64,000 nt of DNA from Geosiphon pyriformis uo1 (taxonomy: Eukaryota > Fungi > Glomeromycota): the NCBI GenBank assembly GCA_016748015.1, contig JAAOMT010000386.1, positions 3,866 to 67,865 on the forward strand. Direction: 5' to 3'. Of this stretch, positions 35,001 through 48,135 are shown one piece after another; the stretch's first letter is position 1; each line of letters starts with the position of its first letter. Below the pieces are notes generated by a model. That model was given only the letters and a program-made list of their open reading frames with translations. It was not told the DNA's origin and searched no databases. The position numbers were made by a program, and so were the translations under genes.

Positions 35001-36708
35001 TTGACTAATTGTAAATCTGAGATATTAATTAAGGGTAGATAAATAACTTAAATGATTTTTTTAGTATGTTTAATCTTGAATAGTTTATTAATTTTGTTTT
35101 GTAACATAATTGTAATATTTTCAATATATTCTGCATTAATAATTTCGCCTTAAACATTGATTTTTTATTTGCCAATAATAATTAGAAAGTAATTTAAATT
35201 ATTGCTTCTGATAATATTTTGAAAACAATTTTAAGATTAATCTTTATTAGAGACTTAGATTAAAGAATTAGAGTATCTTTGTCTGAATATTATAAGTTAT
35301 ATCTAACATTTATTTTGTAGGCTTTTTTTGGTTTAATTTTTTAACCATTATTGTCAAGTATTTAAATTGTATAGTAGACTGATTTTTGACTAAATAAATT
35401 AATATGATTGTAATTTTTTTTCCAGTTCAGATTTTCTAAATTCAATTTCATGTTCATTACTTTTATTGAACAAAAAAGTGCTAAAAGCATAGCATTCTGA
35501 ACATTATTAATTGTCACAAAACATAATATATTTTTTACATAATTGAATATTTATTTGTTTTAATCAATAAATTTAAGCTTCTTTAATTAAGTAAGTATAA
35601 TTTGCGATTTGGTAGTAGATTTCAACTCTTTTGTAGTTGTATTTAGTGATTTTAAATATATATTTAATATATTTAGCTTATTTTATCTAATAAATATCTT
35701 TTTGGGTTTTTTTATTAATTAGAATTATGACTAGTTTATAGATTATTTCAGTATTATATAAGTAATAGTAAAGTTTGTTAAAAATACTGTTATAAGCAGT
35801 ATTGAATAAGATTTTTATTTTTATTTTTTCAGCAATTAAGAGTACATATTAGCAGATTTAATTACAAACTTTTTTTTTTATTATAATATTAATTCAGTTG
35901 TATTCTTCTGATAGTATTTTTCACATGTGAAACAAGAAGTATTGTCCTATTTTTCACTTTGTTTGAAGTATCCAAATCGTTTTCAATAATAGGTTTTGTA
36001 ATAATAGCAAGTATACATCTCATATTTTTTTTTGGCAATATACAAGTTTTTATAGATAAAAGTTTTTTCTTGTAATTTTTGTATTTAAATAGAATATAGT
36101 GGCTGTTTTTATGGCTTCAGTTTAGAATAATAGACTACATTCTATCTTTTGGTTTCTTTAAAAAATTTTTGTTCTGTTTTTTTAGTCTAATTAGATATTA
36201 ATTCAAGAGTTATATAAGTTTTAATAACTGGTATTTTTTTTTCCTCTTTAAATTCGAACACAGGGATTTTTTTTAATTATTTGTTAAAAATATTACAAGT
36301 AATAAGTACTCTGGTATATTGTTTTTGGTATAAAATTTTGAGTTTTTGGGTTTTTTAATTTAAATTTGCATTGGTTTTAAAAAGCCAATTGTTTTTAATA
36401 AAAGCTTAATATTGGAATGTATTTATAACAAAAACTTTAATTGGAATAGTAATTCTAATAATAATAAATAAAAAGTTGCTAATTTTTTTAATTGAAGTTT
36501 TTTTTATATTATTGATTATAATAATAACTATTTGAACAAATCTATTCATATTTTGTTTAAGCTGCTGTATTAATTAATGTGTAATAATACTTCTAATAGA
36601 TTTATTGTCTAAAATTAACCAAATTGGTTTTTCTTTAATTTTGGTTTTTGTATACATAGCAATAATTGTTTTTTGTTTTATGATGACTGTATTGCTAAGC
36701 AAAAATAG
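32053..36708 (-). mobile_element. Gypsy copy C: most decayed member of the A/B family; no LTRs, internal deletion in RT
   Basis: Nucleotide colinearity with B from the protease region (~36700) through dUTPase, RT (gap near 34020-34070), RH and IN to the GPY/F region (~32055). Confidence 0.85.
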
Positions 36709-36965
36709 TTTTCTTGGAGATAACAAAGCAGAAAACTTAAAACTTAGTAAATTTGTTGACTTATATAGAACTTATAGTAAGTTAACAATTAAACTCTAGT
36801 TTGGAATAGACAGTATGAGTATAAATAACAATGATTTTAAAAAAAATTTAAGGTTTTATTGCTATAAGACAACAAATTATAAACATGCTATAATGTCTAA
36901 ATTAAAAAATTAATAAGTATTTTTTTCTGTTAAAGAGTATAAAGTTTTCAAGTTATAAAAAGATC
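36709..36965 (+). pseudogene. C-terminal fragment of a second TLDc-domain gene
   Basis: LGDNKAENLKLSKFV...FGIDSMSINNNDFK...YCYKTTNYKHAIM...FSVKEYKVF aligns with the TLDc end of the 60070-62880 pseudogene (LGDGKAENDKLSKFI...FGIGNLFLYGNDLK...YCQMTTDYELVIM...FSLEEYEVF). Confidence 0.8.
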
Positions 36966-38037
36966 AAATGTGGTTTAATTTAATTATGTATTTTTAATGT
37001 TTATACACTTTACTTTACAAATTTTTACTAGGAAAAATTTTCTGCTAAATTTAATATTTTCTAATTTATATTATAAGTTTTTTAATATATAATAATATTT
37101 TGTATTTTTTGGTATTTTACTATTAAAAACATTTTATAATATTTAAAAAATGGATTAATTAAAACAAAACTATTAATTTTCTGTATTTTAATAGTTTTTA
37201 AAAGTATTAAAAATTAAAAAAAATTGATTTTTATTTGTATATATATTATTTATTAATATTGTTAATTTTACTTACTAATAATAAATTAATTTATTTGGAA
37301 TATTTTAAATTTGTATTTTGGTTTTTTAAATTTTACAAGTTTTTTATATATAATAAGTAATAAAAGGTTAAAAATTTTTTTCTCTTGTCAATCCTCTGAC
37401 CACAACAAAAGCAAAAGATAATTTTGAAAAAATTGCTTTTCTTTTTTCCTTTCCCTTTAGTTCTTGTTAACTATTTTTTCTAACTTATCTTTATTTGTTG
37501 CAATAAAACCAGTGGGCTCATCTGCTGGTAGTTCTGGTTTGGATTTGGCTGGTTTGGGGACTTGCCAGAGTACTAAAAACAAGCATGTTAATATGGTCTA
37601 CTCCTGTAGTATATCCTATAAGAAACCTAAAAAGCCTGCAGCTGACATTTTGGTTGAGTTGTCTGCTGGTCCTCTATGTTTAAAAGATTTGGGTGGTAAC
37701 AATGGTAAGCCAGCAGTGTCTTGGGGAAGCAAAGTGGATAGTGTTTCTGGCAGTATAAGTAGTCTTTTGGATGTTGAAAACTTGGGGAACTTGGTTGCCA
37801 AAGAGACAAGCTATGTTGATTCAGGTGAAAACGACAAAATAGACAAGACTATGCTGTAAAGAACTCGTACTCAGATGTATGTATTAGAACAACCTCTTAA
37901 GGTACCTCTATTTGCTACTATAAACAATGACAACGATAATTCCGTGTTATCGCCTTATAAAATCAGTGGGTCCAATCAGCTGCTCTTTTCTAAATTACAT
38001 GTTCTCATAAATCATAGTTTTGGGCCAGTGAAATTGT

Positions 38038-38895
38038 TGTTACAGGTGATTATTTCTGCTGTTGAATTAAATAACAAACTTATAACTTGGTGCTCAAAAG
38101 CTATTATGAATGTGGATGTTGATAATCTAAAGATTTTCATATCTGAAAGTTTTGGTGCAAGTCCTTTATATAATGAACAGAGATTCAATAGTATCGATAG
38201 TAGATGTATGCTTCCGAGAGTTTTTTCAATTTCTGTCTCAGCGTGGTGGCCAGATTTAGTCTGGCAGTCGTGCTCTTCTGGTAAGTTATTTGATAATATA
38301 TAAAATTTTACCCTTATTTCTGGGTTTTTTACCAAGTTATCTTTGATGTCAATAACTCAGTGCTCAATCTTTAATCAATTAGTATACAACAACAAAAAAA
38401 ATAAAATAAAGAAAAAAAATAAGAAAATGAGCCAAAGTGATTTTGATTAATATCCTGTCAATAGCTGTGATCAAGAACTATTGTTCCAGTATGATTAAAC
38501 ATTTGTTACTATCAACATGAAGTTGATAGTGGAAGATAAATTGAGGTATGAAAATAGTTATTTATTGATATTTGTAATGTAGAGAGATGCTTAAATTAAA
38601 TCTAACTTAGATGTCTGTCTTTTTTGCTTTTAATACTATTCTTATATATACATAATTGAGATTCCTCAATTCCTCAATTTTTTGTAACAAAAATCCTGGA
38701 ATTTCTGGAATCCTGCAATTCCTAATGAGAGGAATTCTGCAATTCTGGAATTTTGCAATTCTTTTTGAAGAATCCTGAAATTCCTGAAATCCTGTAATTC
38801 CTGAAAGGAATCCTGGAATTCCACATTTTTACTGCGTCTACTTCTGATTGGCTAATTTATATACTAATATAATTCCTATATTTTTATGAGTAATA
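38038..38895 (-). repeat. 3' LTR of gypsy D
   Basis: Direct repeat of 47248-48135; the + strand terminal CA has decayed to TA. Confidence 0.95.
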
Positions 38896-38908
38896 TTATT
38901 CCCTTCTT
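38896..38908 (-). promoter_or_regulatory. Polypurine tract of gypsy D
   Basis: Minus-strand AAGAAGGGAATAA immediately precedes the 3' LTR. Confidence 0.75.
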
Positions 38909-39571
38909 TTAATATTGAGCTCCATCGAAACCTTCTAATTTTTTGAATTCCTCTGTTTGTATTATTTTTTAAATTTCTTTTTCTAAAATTATCTGTGTTA
39001 TTTGAGTTTGTAATTCTTTGAATTGAGCATTGGTGATTTTTCCCAATTGGTTGACAGTAACAGTATCCATTGCTTTGTTGAGTAGTATTTCCGGCCGGTC
39101 TCAAAATACTGTATATATTCTGTAAATGGCTCGGACTTGTGTAAGTAAGTTGTTTTTCTTCACAAAATATTCTAGTTGTTGCAGTATTGTGTTATTGAAC
39201 AGTCATTTTGTTTTGTCCATATACAAGTTTTGAATATTCACATGTTGTCCCAAGTAGAAATAACAGTAGTTTTTTGAAAACTGTTGAGTTTACCAATTCC
39301 AAGTTTTTTTAGTCAGTTCTTGGTATTGTCTAACTATTTATTGCTCTTTTATTGCCAGTTTTACTTTGGCAATTATTTTTTCTACCATGTTTTCAGACTT
39401 TTTCCGTATTTTGTTTTGTGACATCTTTGTTGTGTTTCTGTACTGGATAGTTTGTTGATTGATTATGATCTCCACTTCTTGGTGTTGAATTAATTGAAAG
39501 AGCTGTTGTGCTAAAGAATGGATGTCGTCTGTAATTTCCATTTTTCTGATTTCTTTTGTCACATTAACCAT
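38909..39571 (-). pseudogene. Extra ORF3 of gypsy D (unknown function)
   Basis: MVNVTKEIRK... continuing through stops to RAIYRIYTVF*DRPEILLN...GKITNAQFKELQTQITQIIL...FDGAQY*. Homologous to B ORF3. Confidence 0.7.
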
Positions 39572-39594
39572 GTTTTTATATAGTCTTTTGTCGA

Positions 39595-40976
39595 TCAGTT
39601 TGACATGTTAGTGTTAATAATGATGATTGGTTCTAGATTTCGTGGAATCTTATCTGGTCGGACTAGTATTCTCTGTACCCCTAATTGTGGAATATTACTA
39701 ATAGATGATAATACTCTATTGTAATATGGTTTTAGTCAATCTTCATGTGCTGCTTTGCTCAAGATTTTGTTGTTTAATCTTAATTTATAAGCTTCATTTT
39801 CTAGAATTTCTTCTATGTGAAATGGTCCATTCTATTTGGGATCAAATTTTCCACTCCATTGTTTTTTTACTTTGGTACAATATAAAAGTACTTTGTCTTC
39901 AATCTTGAATTCTATTGGTTTATCTGGTAGTTGGTTATCATGTTGTTTTTTCTGTTTTTTTTGTGCCTTTTGTATGTTGTTAGCTGCTTTTCTTCTTTTG
40001 TTTTCCAGAGTTTCCATTAAGTCATATGTTCTTCTTAGCAATGTTTCTTGGAAATTTTCTTCTGTTATTGGTTCTGTTGAATATGTGTTGACTTCCATCT
40101 CAACTGGTAATGTTGTTGTTCTACCATATACCAATTCAAATAGTGTTGCTTGTGTAGTATCTTGTTTCATTGTCCAGTAAGCAAATAATACTGATGGTAT
40201 TAATAAATTCTAATCATCCTAATTTTTTTGGCTCAATTTGGCTATTGCTTTACACAATGTTCTGTTAAACCTTTCAACTAATCTGTTGGTTTGTGGATAG
40301 TATGGTGATAATAGTGGCCTCTCAATTTCGAATCTTTGGCTTAATTCTGCTAATGTTTTGTTCACAAAATGAGTTCCTTGGTCTGAAAGTAATTTTTTTG
40401 GACATCTATGTTGACAGATCAAATTTTGATGAACAAATTCGGCAACAGATTCTGCATCCACTCTTTGAATTGCTTTTGCTTCTGGTCATTTGGTAAGATA
40501 GTCCATGACTACTGTATGTATCTGTTTTTTCTGCTGGTGATTGTCAATGATCTAACTAAGTCAATTCCAATCTAATCAAATGGTTGTCTTACTTTGATTG
40601 GTCTTAATGGTTTGTTGGGCTTTGTTCCTTCTCTTTTTTAACAAGCATCACAATTTTGAACATATTGGATGATGTCTGGATACATTGATGGCCAATAGTA
40701 TCTTTTTCTGGCTCTTTCTATTGTGACTTCTTTATGAAAATGTCCTGCTGTGGGATCTGAGTGTATGTTGTATAATATTGTCTCTTTTTCTGGCTCAGTG
40801 ATAACTCTGAGTGGTTGATTAGGCTCTTTTCTGTTTTTCCGATAAAGTATATTCTGGTTAGTGATAAAATATTTTGATTGTTGTTTTATCTGGTTTTGTT
40901 CCGTTTAAGATAATTTCTCCTTGAACAATTGGGTATTAATATAGTGTTGGAGTTGTTTATATTTTTGTGTGTTCAT
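39595..40976 (-). pseudogene. Integrase of gypsy D (own ATG at 40976)
   Basis: MNTQKYKQLQHY..., HSDPTAGHF...CDAC, SDQGTHF, PYYPQTNRLVERFNRTL, NGPFHI, LEPIIII. Confidence 0.88.
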
Positions 40977-41037
40977 CTTTTGTTGTATTTTTCGGTTGAT
41001 TGTTCTGGTTTTGTTATATTTTTGGGTCAAAATGTTC

Positions 41038-44000
41038 TTAGATCTGCCTCATTCACAACAGTCCATCTGTATTTCCATTGTCTTTTCCTTTTTTGTAATG
41101 TACTGTATAATTAAATAGTGATAATTCAATTTTCTATCTTGTATGGCATTCATCCCCAAATTTTTGTTTCTGGATTGATGTCAATCCTTTGTAATCAGTG
41201 TAGACATCAAATTTTTGGCTCAAGTATTTTTTCCATTTGGTTACTGCCTAATATATAGCCAAATGTTCCAGTGTTGGCATTCTATAGTTTTTTTCTGCTG
41301 GAGTTAAACCTCTGCTTGCATATGCAACTGAATGTTCTTTTCCATCCAGATTTCTTTGTGATAATACTGCTCCCAATGCCTGACCTGATGCATCCATGGT
41401 GATCATGAATAGCTTGTTGTGGTCAGGGTATATCAGTACTGGAGCTTGAATTAGTTTTTTCCTTAATATATCAAATGCTTTTTGTTGAGATTCAGTCCAC
41501 TCATACTTAGTGTTCTTTGTCAAAAGCTGATTTAATGGCTGGGCTATTTTAGAAAAGTTTTGGATAAAGTGTTAGTAATATCCGGCAAACCCCAAGAATG
41601 CTATTAATTCTGTGAGATTCTTTGATTCCAGAAAGTTTCTGACTGTCTCAATTTTTCTTGAGTCTGTCTTGATGCCATCTTTGCTCACCATGTGTCCCAA
41701 AAACTGAAGTTCTGTTTTTCCAAAGAAACATTTGTTAGCATTTAGTTTCAATCCAGCTCTTCTTAATCTTTCAAACACCTGTTGTAAATGGTGAAGATGA
41801 TCATCAAACATTTCTGAGAACACGTTGGTGTCATCCAAGTATACTACAACTGACTTCCATAGCAAGTCTCGATATATGATTTCCATTAGCCATTGAAATG
41901 TGACTGGTGCATTCATTAAGCCAAATGGCATGACTTCAAACTCGAAATTCCTTTCTCTGGTGGTAAAAGTAGTCTTCTCTTTGTTATCTGAGTTCATGGC
42001 TACTTGCCAATAATCATTGTCCAAGTCTAATGTTAAGAACTATTTCTTTCCACCAAAAGCATCAAATAGTTCCTGAATCTGGGGAGTTGGATAATTGTCC
42101 CCACAAGTTACACTATTGAGTTTCTTATAATCCACACAAAAGCAAATTTTTCCATTTTTCTTATAGATGAATACTACTGGTGATGACTATGGGCTCATTG
42201 ATGGCTGAATTAGCCCATTGTCAAGCATCCGGTTGATTTCTTGATAAATGATCTCATGGCTGGCAGGTGGCACTCTGTATGCCTTCTGTTTAATTGGTAT
42301 TGCATCTCCAGTCTTGATCTGGTGCTGGATGATATCAGTTCTGCCAAATTCATTTTCACTGACAAAGATGTCATTAAAGTTGTTGAGCAACATCTTGAGC
42401 TGCATCTTTTGAAGTGGGTCTAAGTTGCCTATGTTCATTTGGTCCAATTGTTCTGGCTGGAGCAAATAACATTCATTTTATTCATATATTGTTTGTGATG
42501 TAATATCCACATATCCACAAAGTTGTGGAAAGTCTGGAACATAGTGTGACAGCTGATTCTCTATTTCTGTGCTTAAGTATCCAATTATTGTTTTGGCTGG
42601 AATTTCAATGGTATTTTCAGTGTTATTGTAAATGGAAATTTTGATGTGGTTGTGGTTCTTGGCAGATATGTGAAGATTGACAAGTCCAATCTCTTCTGAT
42701 TTACAAAGAGCTGGTTTGGCTTCAAAAATCTGCAACTGATTCTTTACTTTTTGCTCTATGATTATCATGTGCTGGCCATATGGTGAAATGGAGATTGCTT
42801 GACTAGTGGAGATAATTTCTCTCTTGTCAACAATCTCTTTTTCTATCATATTGACTGGCACATTTATTCTATCCATAGATCCGAATTCCTGTGTCCCTTT
42901 CACAATCATCCCTAATTTCTCCCTTGTTTCCACTGACACTAAGCTAGCTATTTTGACTAATGGCAAAAATATTACCTGTGCTATCTTTTCATTTGGCTCA
43001 ATAGTACAAGCCTTTTCTAAGTTATTTTGTAGCATAGCAATAATATTTCTTACATATCCTGCATCAATTATTCCTCCTCTGATGTTGATTCCCTTCTTTG
43101 CTAAACAACTTCTAAATGCTAGTAGAACCATGGTGGTAGCTGGGATCTTCATTGCTACTTTCAAATCAATACTAGTGTGTGAGTGTGGTTCCAATTTGAT
43201 GGCATTTTTCTCTGGATACCTCAGATCAAACTCTGCATTAGTATTATGCGTGTATTCTGGTATAATACTTTTGTCATTGTCACTAAACCATTTAAGCTTT
43301 TGCTCTTTGGAGAGATCAGGAAGTGCAATATATTGTTCGTATTTTGAATTGGAGTTTGAATCTGAGTTCCAATCGTTGCTTTTGTGAATGGAGTTTGAAC
43401 CAGTGTCTTCGTCGTTATTATCGTCATTAGAGTTTGAATTGCGATTGATTGGCAATTTTGATTCTGATGAGTAGCTGCTAATTGGCTCTTCTTCTTCTGG
43501 GATTGTGTAGATTATGCATGGTGGTGAATTGTAAATGAGGTTACACTCATTACAATATTGAAAGTCACATGAGATCAAACAATGATCACATAGTCGAGTG
43601 TTTAACTGTGCTAAATGCTCTTCTTGTTCTTCTCTTGTGGGTGCTAAATTTTGATAACATGCCTGGAATTCTTCTGGATCATTCATAACTTTGTCTAATA
43701 TGTTACCCGTTAGGCCATATTCCAGCTCAGGAAGTAATAGTGGATTGTTTTTGATTTCTTTTAGTTCCTCAACTGTAGCTTTTTCTACCATTGCATAGGC
43801 CATCCTCCAGATTTTGTCTTTGTCATGTGGATATCTTTCCAATTGTTGTAATGCTTTTTTCCAGATGTTATCAATTGGAGTTCCTTTTTATACCCAGTCA
43901 TTGATTAGGATTGTGTATTGGCATGTCTCATTGCATGCTCCTCCTCTTTCAGGAATGTTTTTCCACATCTTTTCATTTAAGAGAGTATCTTCACAAGCTA

Positions 44001-47000
44001 AACACAAAGTACTGTCTCATTTTCCTATTTTTGGTGGCCATTCATTGCATTCAAGGACACATGGGTGACAGTAGTATTTGGTTGCGGTAGACCATTCTTC
44101 ATCTTTGTTGCAACATGCGCCCATTGATGACAATTTCTTGCCACAATCAACACACACTAGCTTGGGTTGATGGTATTGAGCTGGTGGTTGGTAGGTGTAT
44201 GGGACATAAGTTGATTTGTTGGCTAGTGTCAGCTCTTTTTCTCGTTCTTTCTCTTTTCCTTTTTCTTCTCAACTCTATTCAGTGGTTGTCTCGCTCTGGC
44301 TGTCGTCACTCCATGCTTCTAGGTTTAGTTTCCAGGCAAGTTCTTCTTTTTTCTTTTTCCCTTTGTTATTCCAAGATAAGATAGGTAGTAACTTGTTGTG
44401 GTCATTATCAGCCCACAAGACTTGGTAAGCTTCCCAGGTTGGTTTTGTTTTTTTTTCTTCTAGCTCAATTAATGGCCATTTACTTAAGGAAACTTTGAAA
44501 TGACCACACATGGCTGGCACCTGTGTATGTTGGCCATTGAATGCTAGCTAGAGTTCTTGGGTGTTCCAGTTTAGTGTCGCATTGGCTTTGGACAGCCAGT
44601 CATTATCAACGAGAGCTTGGTATTGGGTGACTTCCATCACTAAAACTTTAATAAGAGTGACAATGCCATTGACGTCAAATGGGAAGTCATCTATCTCACC
44701 AATAGATGTTTTGGTCACTCCATCAGCTGTGATAATTCTGGCACTGGCAGCGCGATTAACTCAGCAACCTAATTGGTCCATGAGTTGTCATGTGATGATG
44801 CTGCCTACTGACCCACTGTCAAGAATCAATTTAATGAATTGATCATCAACTTTAACATCAGTGTACATTGCTGTAATGGGCTTTTTGTTGAAAACGGCTC
44901 TACTAAATAATGGGGTGTTGGATGGTTCTTCAAGTTCAAATGAGAAAATTGCAGCTAGAGACTGGTCTTTGGTGACAATTGCTGGTGGGATATTTCTGGT
45001 GAGTAATGATTGTTGGTTGGGTTCCGATTTGTTAGGTGAAGCATCTTTTGGGGTAACCAGAAGACTTAAATAGTGCTGGGAATTCAGGTTTTGAGAATAA
45101 CTGGTGCCTAAATTCCACTAACAAGATCCTGATTGTTGGGTTAATAAGCTGGGGATCAGTTGATGGACTACCATTGACGATTGCCAGTTTTGTTGGGTGA
45201 TTTTCGGCCTTTGGACTCTGCTGGCAGGGAAGTTTTGTGGTGGTGTCTGAACCATTTGGGGTTGATAGATTGTTGGTGGTTGCAGTTAATATATTACTTG
45301 TGGCTGTGGATGATAAATCAGGACTTAATATATTGGTGGTTGATAAATTGGTTGCTGTATCATTGGCACATAATGAGGTAAGTGTTGGTATTGTTCTTGA
45401 TTTTGCTGGGAACTTGGAGTTTGGAACCAGTGATCAGGGCTTCGATATTGATTTCCTGACCATTGGTTATTTAAACGCTGATGGCAATTAACTTGTATGT
45501 GTTTTTGTCTACCACAATAGTAGCAAATATGCATTTCTTGTTGCCATTGTCAATTGGCTGAAGATAATAGATGTGGCTAATTTTGGATGTGATTGGAGTT
45601 TCCCTGATTGTTGCATTGTTGTGGCAGTTGATAGATTGCTCAATTGTTAGCTAAGTATCCTTCTAATTTTTGATTAATGAAATCACTAAATTGTTTCAAT
45701 TTAGAATCCAATTCAGATGATTCATTCATTGCTAGGTTTACGGCTTAAGTGTGGTTAGCTTCAAATTCAGCTGATTCAAAATCTTGGACATGTGTGACTG
45801 TTGCTTGAAGGTTGGCTGGATGTAATGGATGTACATATTGCAAGATGCTGCTGCATAAGCCACAAATAAACTGGTTCAGGATTTGTGGTACTGTGAAGTA
45901 GTTAATGTTTATGGCTTGAATTTGGCGCAGATTGAGATGGAAGCATCCCAAATAAGTGGTGACTGCTTCTGTTTCTCCTTGTCTAATGCTGGTGAAGGTG
46001 TTGGTTAGGTAATTGATACTGTTATTATTATTAAAGTACTGGAGAAATTTCTGTTTGAACGTGGCAAAATCCTGGGACTTGTTAATCAAGCTTTGGTATC
46101 ATGAGTCGGCAGTATCCTGGAGAAAATATGGAATGGCCTGTAAAGCACATGCATCATTCCATCCGTTGGCTATGATTGCTTTTTTGACATTATTAAGCCA
46201 TACTTGGGCATCATCTTTCTTGCCAGTGAACTTCTCGATTTTGGCAATAGGTGTGTAGACCATTTGTTGAACTGGTTGAATTGGTTGCTGAGATGGTACT
46301 TGAGGTGGTTGAATTGACTTACCAATTAGCTCAATTGGTGGTTGATTGATGACAATAACTGGAGATAGGTTTTGCTAATAAATTAAATCGGGTTTTTGAT
46401 TTTTTTGATTTGGCGGGATTTGAATATTTGGAGTTTTGATTTCTGGATTTTCTAAATATTGCTGAGTTTGAATGTTCAGGTTTTCTAGGATCAGGTTTTG
46501 GTAATTAAATTCCTGATCTTCGTCTTCTTTTTCTTCTGATTTGGTTACTTCTCAGAGACTAGTAGTTCTGAAATCTGGCTGATGTGGTGGTGATCGAAAT
46601 CCTGATGGTGTTGGCGATCATGATTTAAATCCTTCAAAATAATTGCCATATGTTCCTAATAGGTCGACTTTTGCTTGTTTACTCTGGAAGGAAATTCTAG
46701 CTATTGGTGTTTTCATGCTGATAGACACATTTGTTGATGTGATGTTGATGGTACTTCCGAGTATGTGGTGATATGATGGATATATTGGAGATTCAATCCT
46801 TTGTTTCTTCCAATTAGGTACTTGTATTCTCTTGGGTATTACTGTTGGCATTTGTAGCTTTCCTTTGCCTTTTGCATAGGTAATCAGATATCTTTGTTGA
46901 GTGTAATTTTTAATTTCCCTGTTGATCTTAGTAATGATTGATGCAAAATTGTGGTTTACTGGTAAGCTAGTCTGTTGAATTAATTCGTTGTAAAAGTTTT

Positions 47001-47160
47001 TTCTTGCTGACTCTGTATCTACTGGAGTTCTTAGATAATAAGAAATTTTTTTGTTGACATAGAAATTGAAAGCTGATTCTGCTAATAGATAGTTGTTGGT
47101 CAATCCCAAGTGTTGACAATAGTGTTAGAATAGGGATTTTGCAAATCCTAAATGGTTGGC
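41038..47160 (-). pseudogene. gag-protease-Cys-rich-dUTPase-RT-RNase H region of gypsy D
   Basis: ORF pieces 46618-47109, 45745-46089 (gag), 45325-45534 (CCHC), 42478-43842 (Cys-rich and dUTPase), 41572-42024 (RT) and 41248-41523 (RH). The frame ends GLL*MRQI*. Confidence 0.9.
42868..43294 (-). pseudogene. dUTPase domain of gypsy D
   Basis: NAEFDL, FRSCLA, GGIIDAGYV, KIAQ and KGTQEFGS correspond to decayed motifs 1-5. Confidence 0.88.
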
Positions 47161-47228
47161 TCCTATTCTTTCTGATTCTGCCACTTTTTGGTTTGGTGTT
47201 GTTGGTGCTGATTCTTTGTAGGATTATA

Positions 47229-47245
47229 CCTCACAGGGAGCACCA
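47229..47245 (-). promoter_or_regulatory. Primer-binding site of gypsy D, probably for elongator tRNA-Met
   Basis: TGGTGCTCCCTGTGAGG two nt after the 5' LTR. Its complement CCTCACAGGGAGCACCA resembles the 3' end of eukaryotic elongator tRNA-Met. Confidence 0.7.
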
Positions 47246-47247
47246 AA

Positions 47248-48135
47248 TGTTACAGGTAATTATTTTTGCTGTTGAATTAAATAACAAACCTGTAACTTGG
47301 TACTTAAAAGCTATTATGAACGTGGATGTTGGTAATCTAAAGATTTTTGTATCTGAAGATTTTGGTGCAAGTCCTTTGTATAATAAACAAAAATTCAATA
47401 GCATCAATAGTAGATGTATGCTTCTGAGAGTTTTTCCAATTTCTGTCTTAGTGTGGTGACTGGATTTAGTCTGGCAGTCATGCTCTTCTGGTAAGCTATC
47501 TGATAATATATAAAATCCTACTCTTATTTTTGGGTCTTTTATTAGGCTATTCTTGACATTAATAACTCAGCACTCAATTTTTAATCAATTAGTATACAAC
47601 AACAAAGAAAATAAAATAAAGAAAAGAAATAAAGAAAAAACAGAAATAAAATAAGGAAATAAGCCAAGGCAATTTTGATTAGTATCCCGTCAATAGCTGT
47701 GATCAAAAGCTATTGTTCCAGCATAGTTAAGCATTCATTACTATCAACATGAAGTTGATAATAGAAGATAAATTGAGATATAAAAATAGTTATTTATTGA
47801 TATTTGTGATGTGAAAGGATGCTTAGATTAAATCTAACTTAGATGTCTGTCTTTTCTGTTTCTAACACTATTCTTATATATACATAATTGAAATTCCTCA
47901 ATTCCTCAATTCTTTGTGACAGGAATTCTGGGATTTCTGAAATCCTGCAATTTCTGATGAGAAGAATTCTGGAATTCTGGAATTCTGGAATTCTGTGATT
48001 TTTTTTGAAGAATCTTGAAATTCCTGGAATCCTACAATTCCTGAGAGGAATCCTAGAATTCCACATTTTTACTGCATCTACTTCTGATTGGCTAATTTAT
48101 ATACTAATATAATTCTTATATTTTTATGAGTAACA
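47248..48135 (-). repeat. 5' LTR of gypsy D
   Basis: TGTTAC...GTAACA termini. U3 holds a CCAAT box (near 48087-48091), a GAATTC-core repeat array and a TATATAA box (near 47874-47880). Confidence 0.95.
47888..48063. repeat. Degenerate 8-9-bp tandem array (GGAATTCT / GAATTCCT) in LTR U3; second copy at ~38658-38823
   Basis: For example gaattctggaattctggaattctggaattctg at 47964-47995. Confidence 0.85.

Larger units (their letters stand above)
38038..48135 (-). mobile_element. Full-length Ty3/gypsy element D (second, divergent family)
   Basis: Paired LTRs, 4-bp TSD TTGT (38034-38037, 48136-48139), PBS and PPT. Gag with CYYCGRQKHIQVNC, protease LILDSGSVGSII, dUTPase, RT with YLDD, RH and IN. Confidence 0.95.

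Noticed and set aside
37875-38335. ORFs 37875-38303 (+) and 38012-38335 (-) as genes
   Set aside because: They span the LINE3 ORF1 / LTR junction and are read-through into non-coding LTR.
42806-43387. 193-aa + strand ORF
   Set aside because: Antisense shadow of the dUTPase region of gypsy D.
47839-48066. Repetitive peptide ORF, or a CRISPR-like array, in the LTR
   Set aside because: Translation of an 8-9-bp tandem array; no constant repeats with unique spacers and no cas genes.
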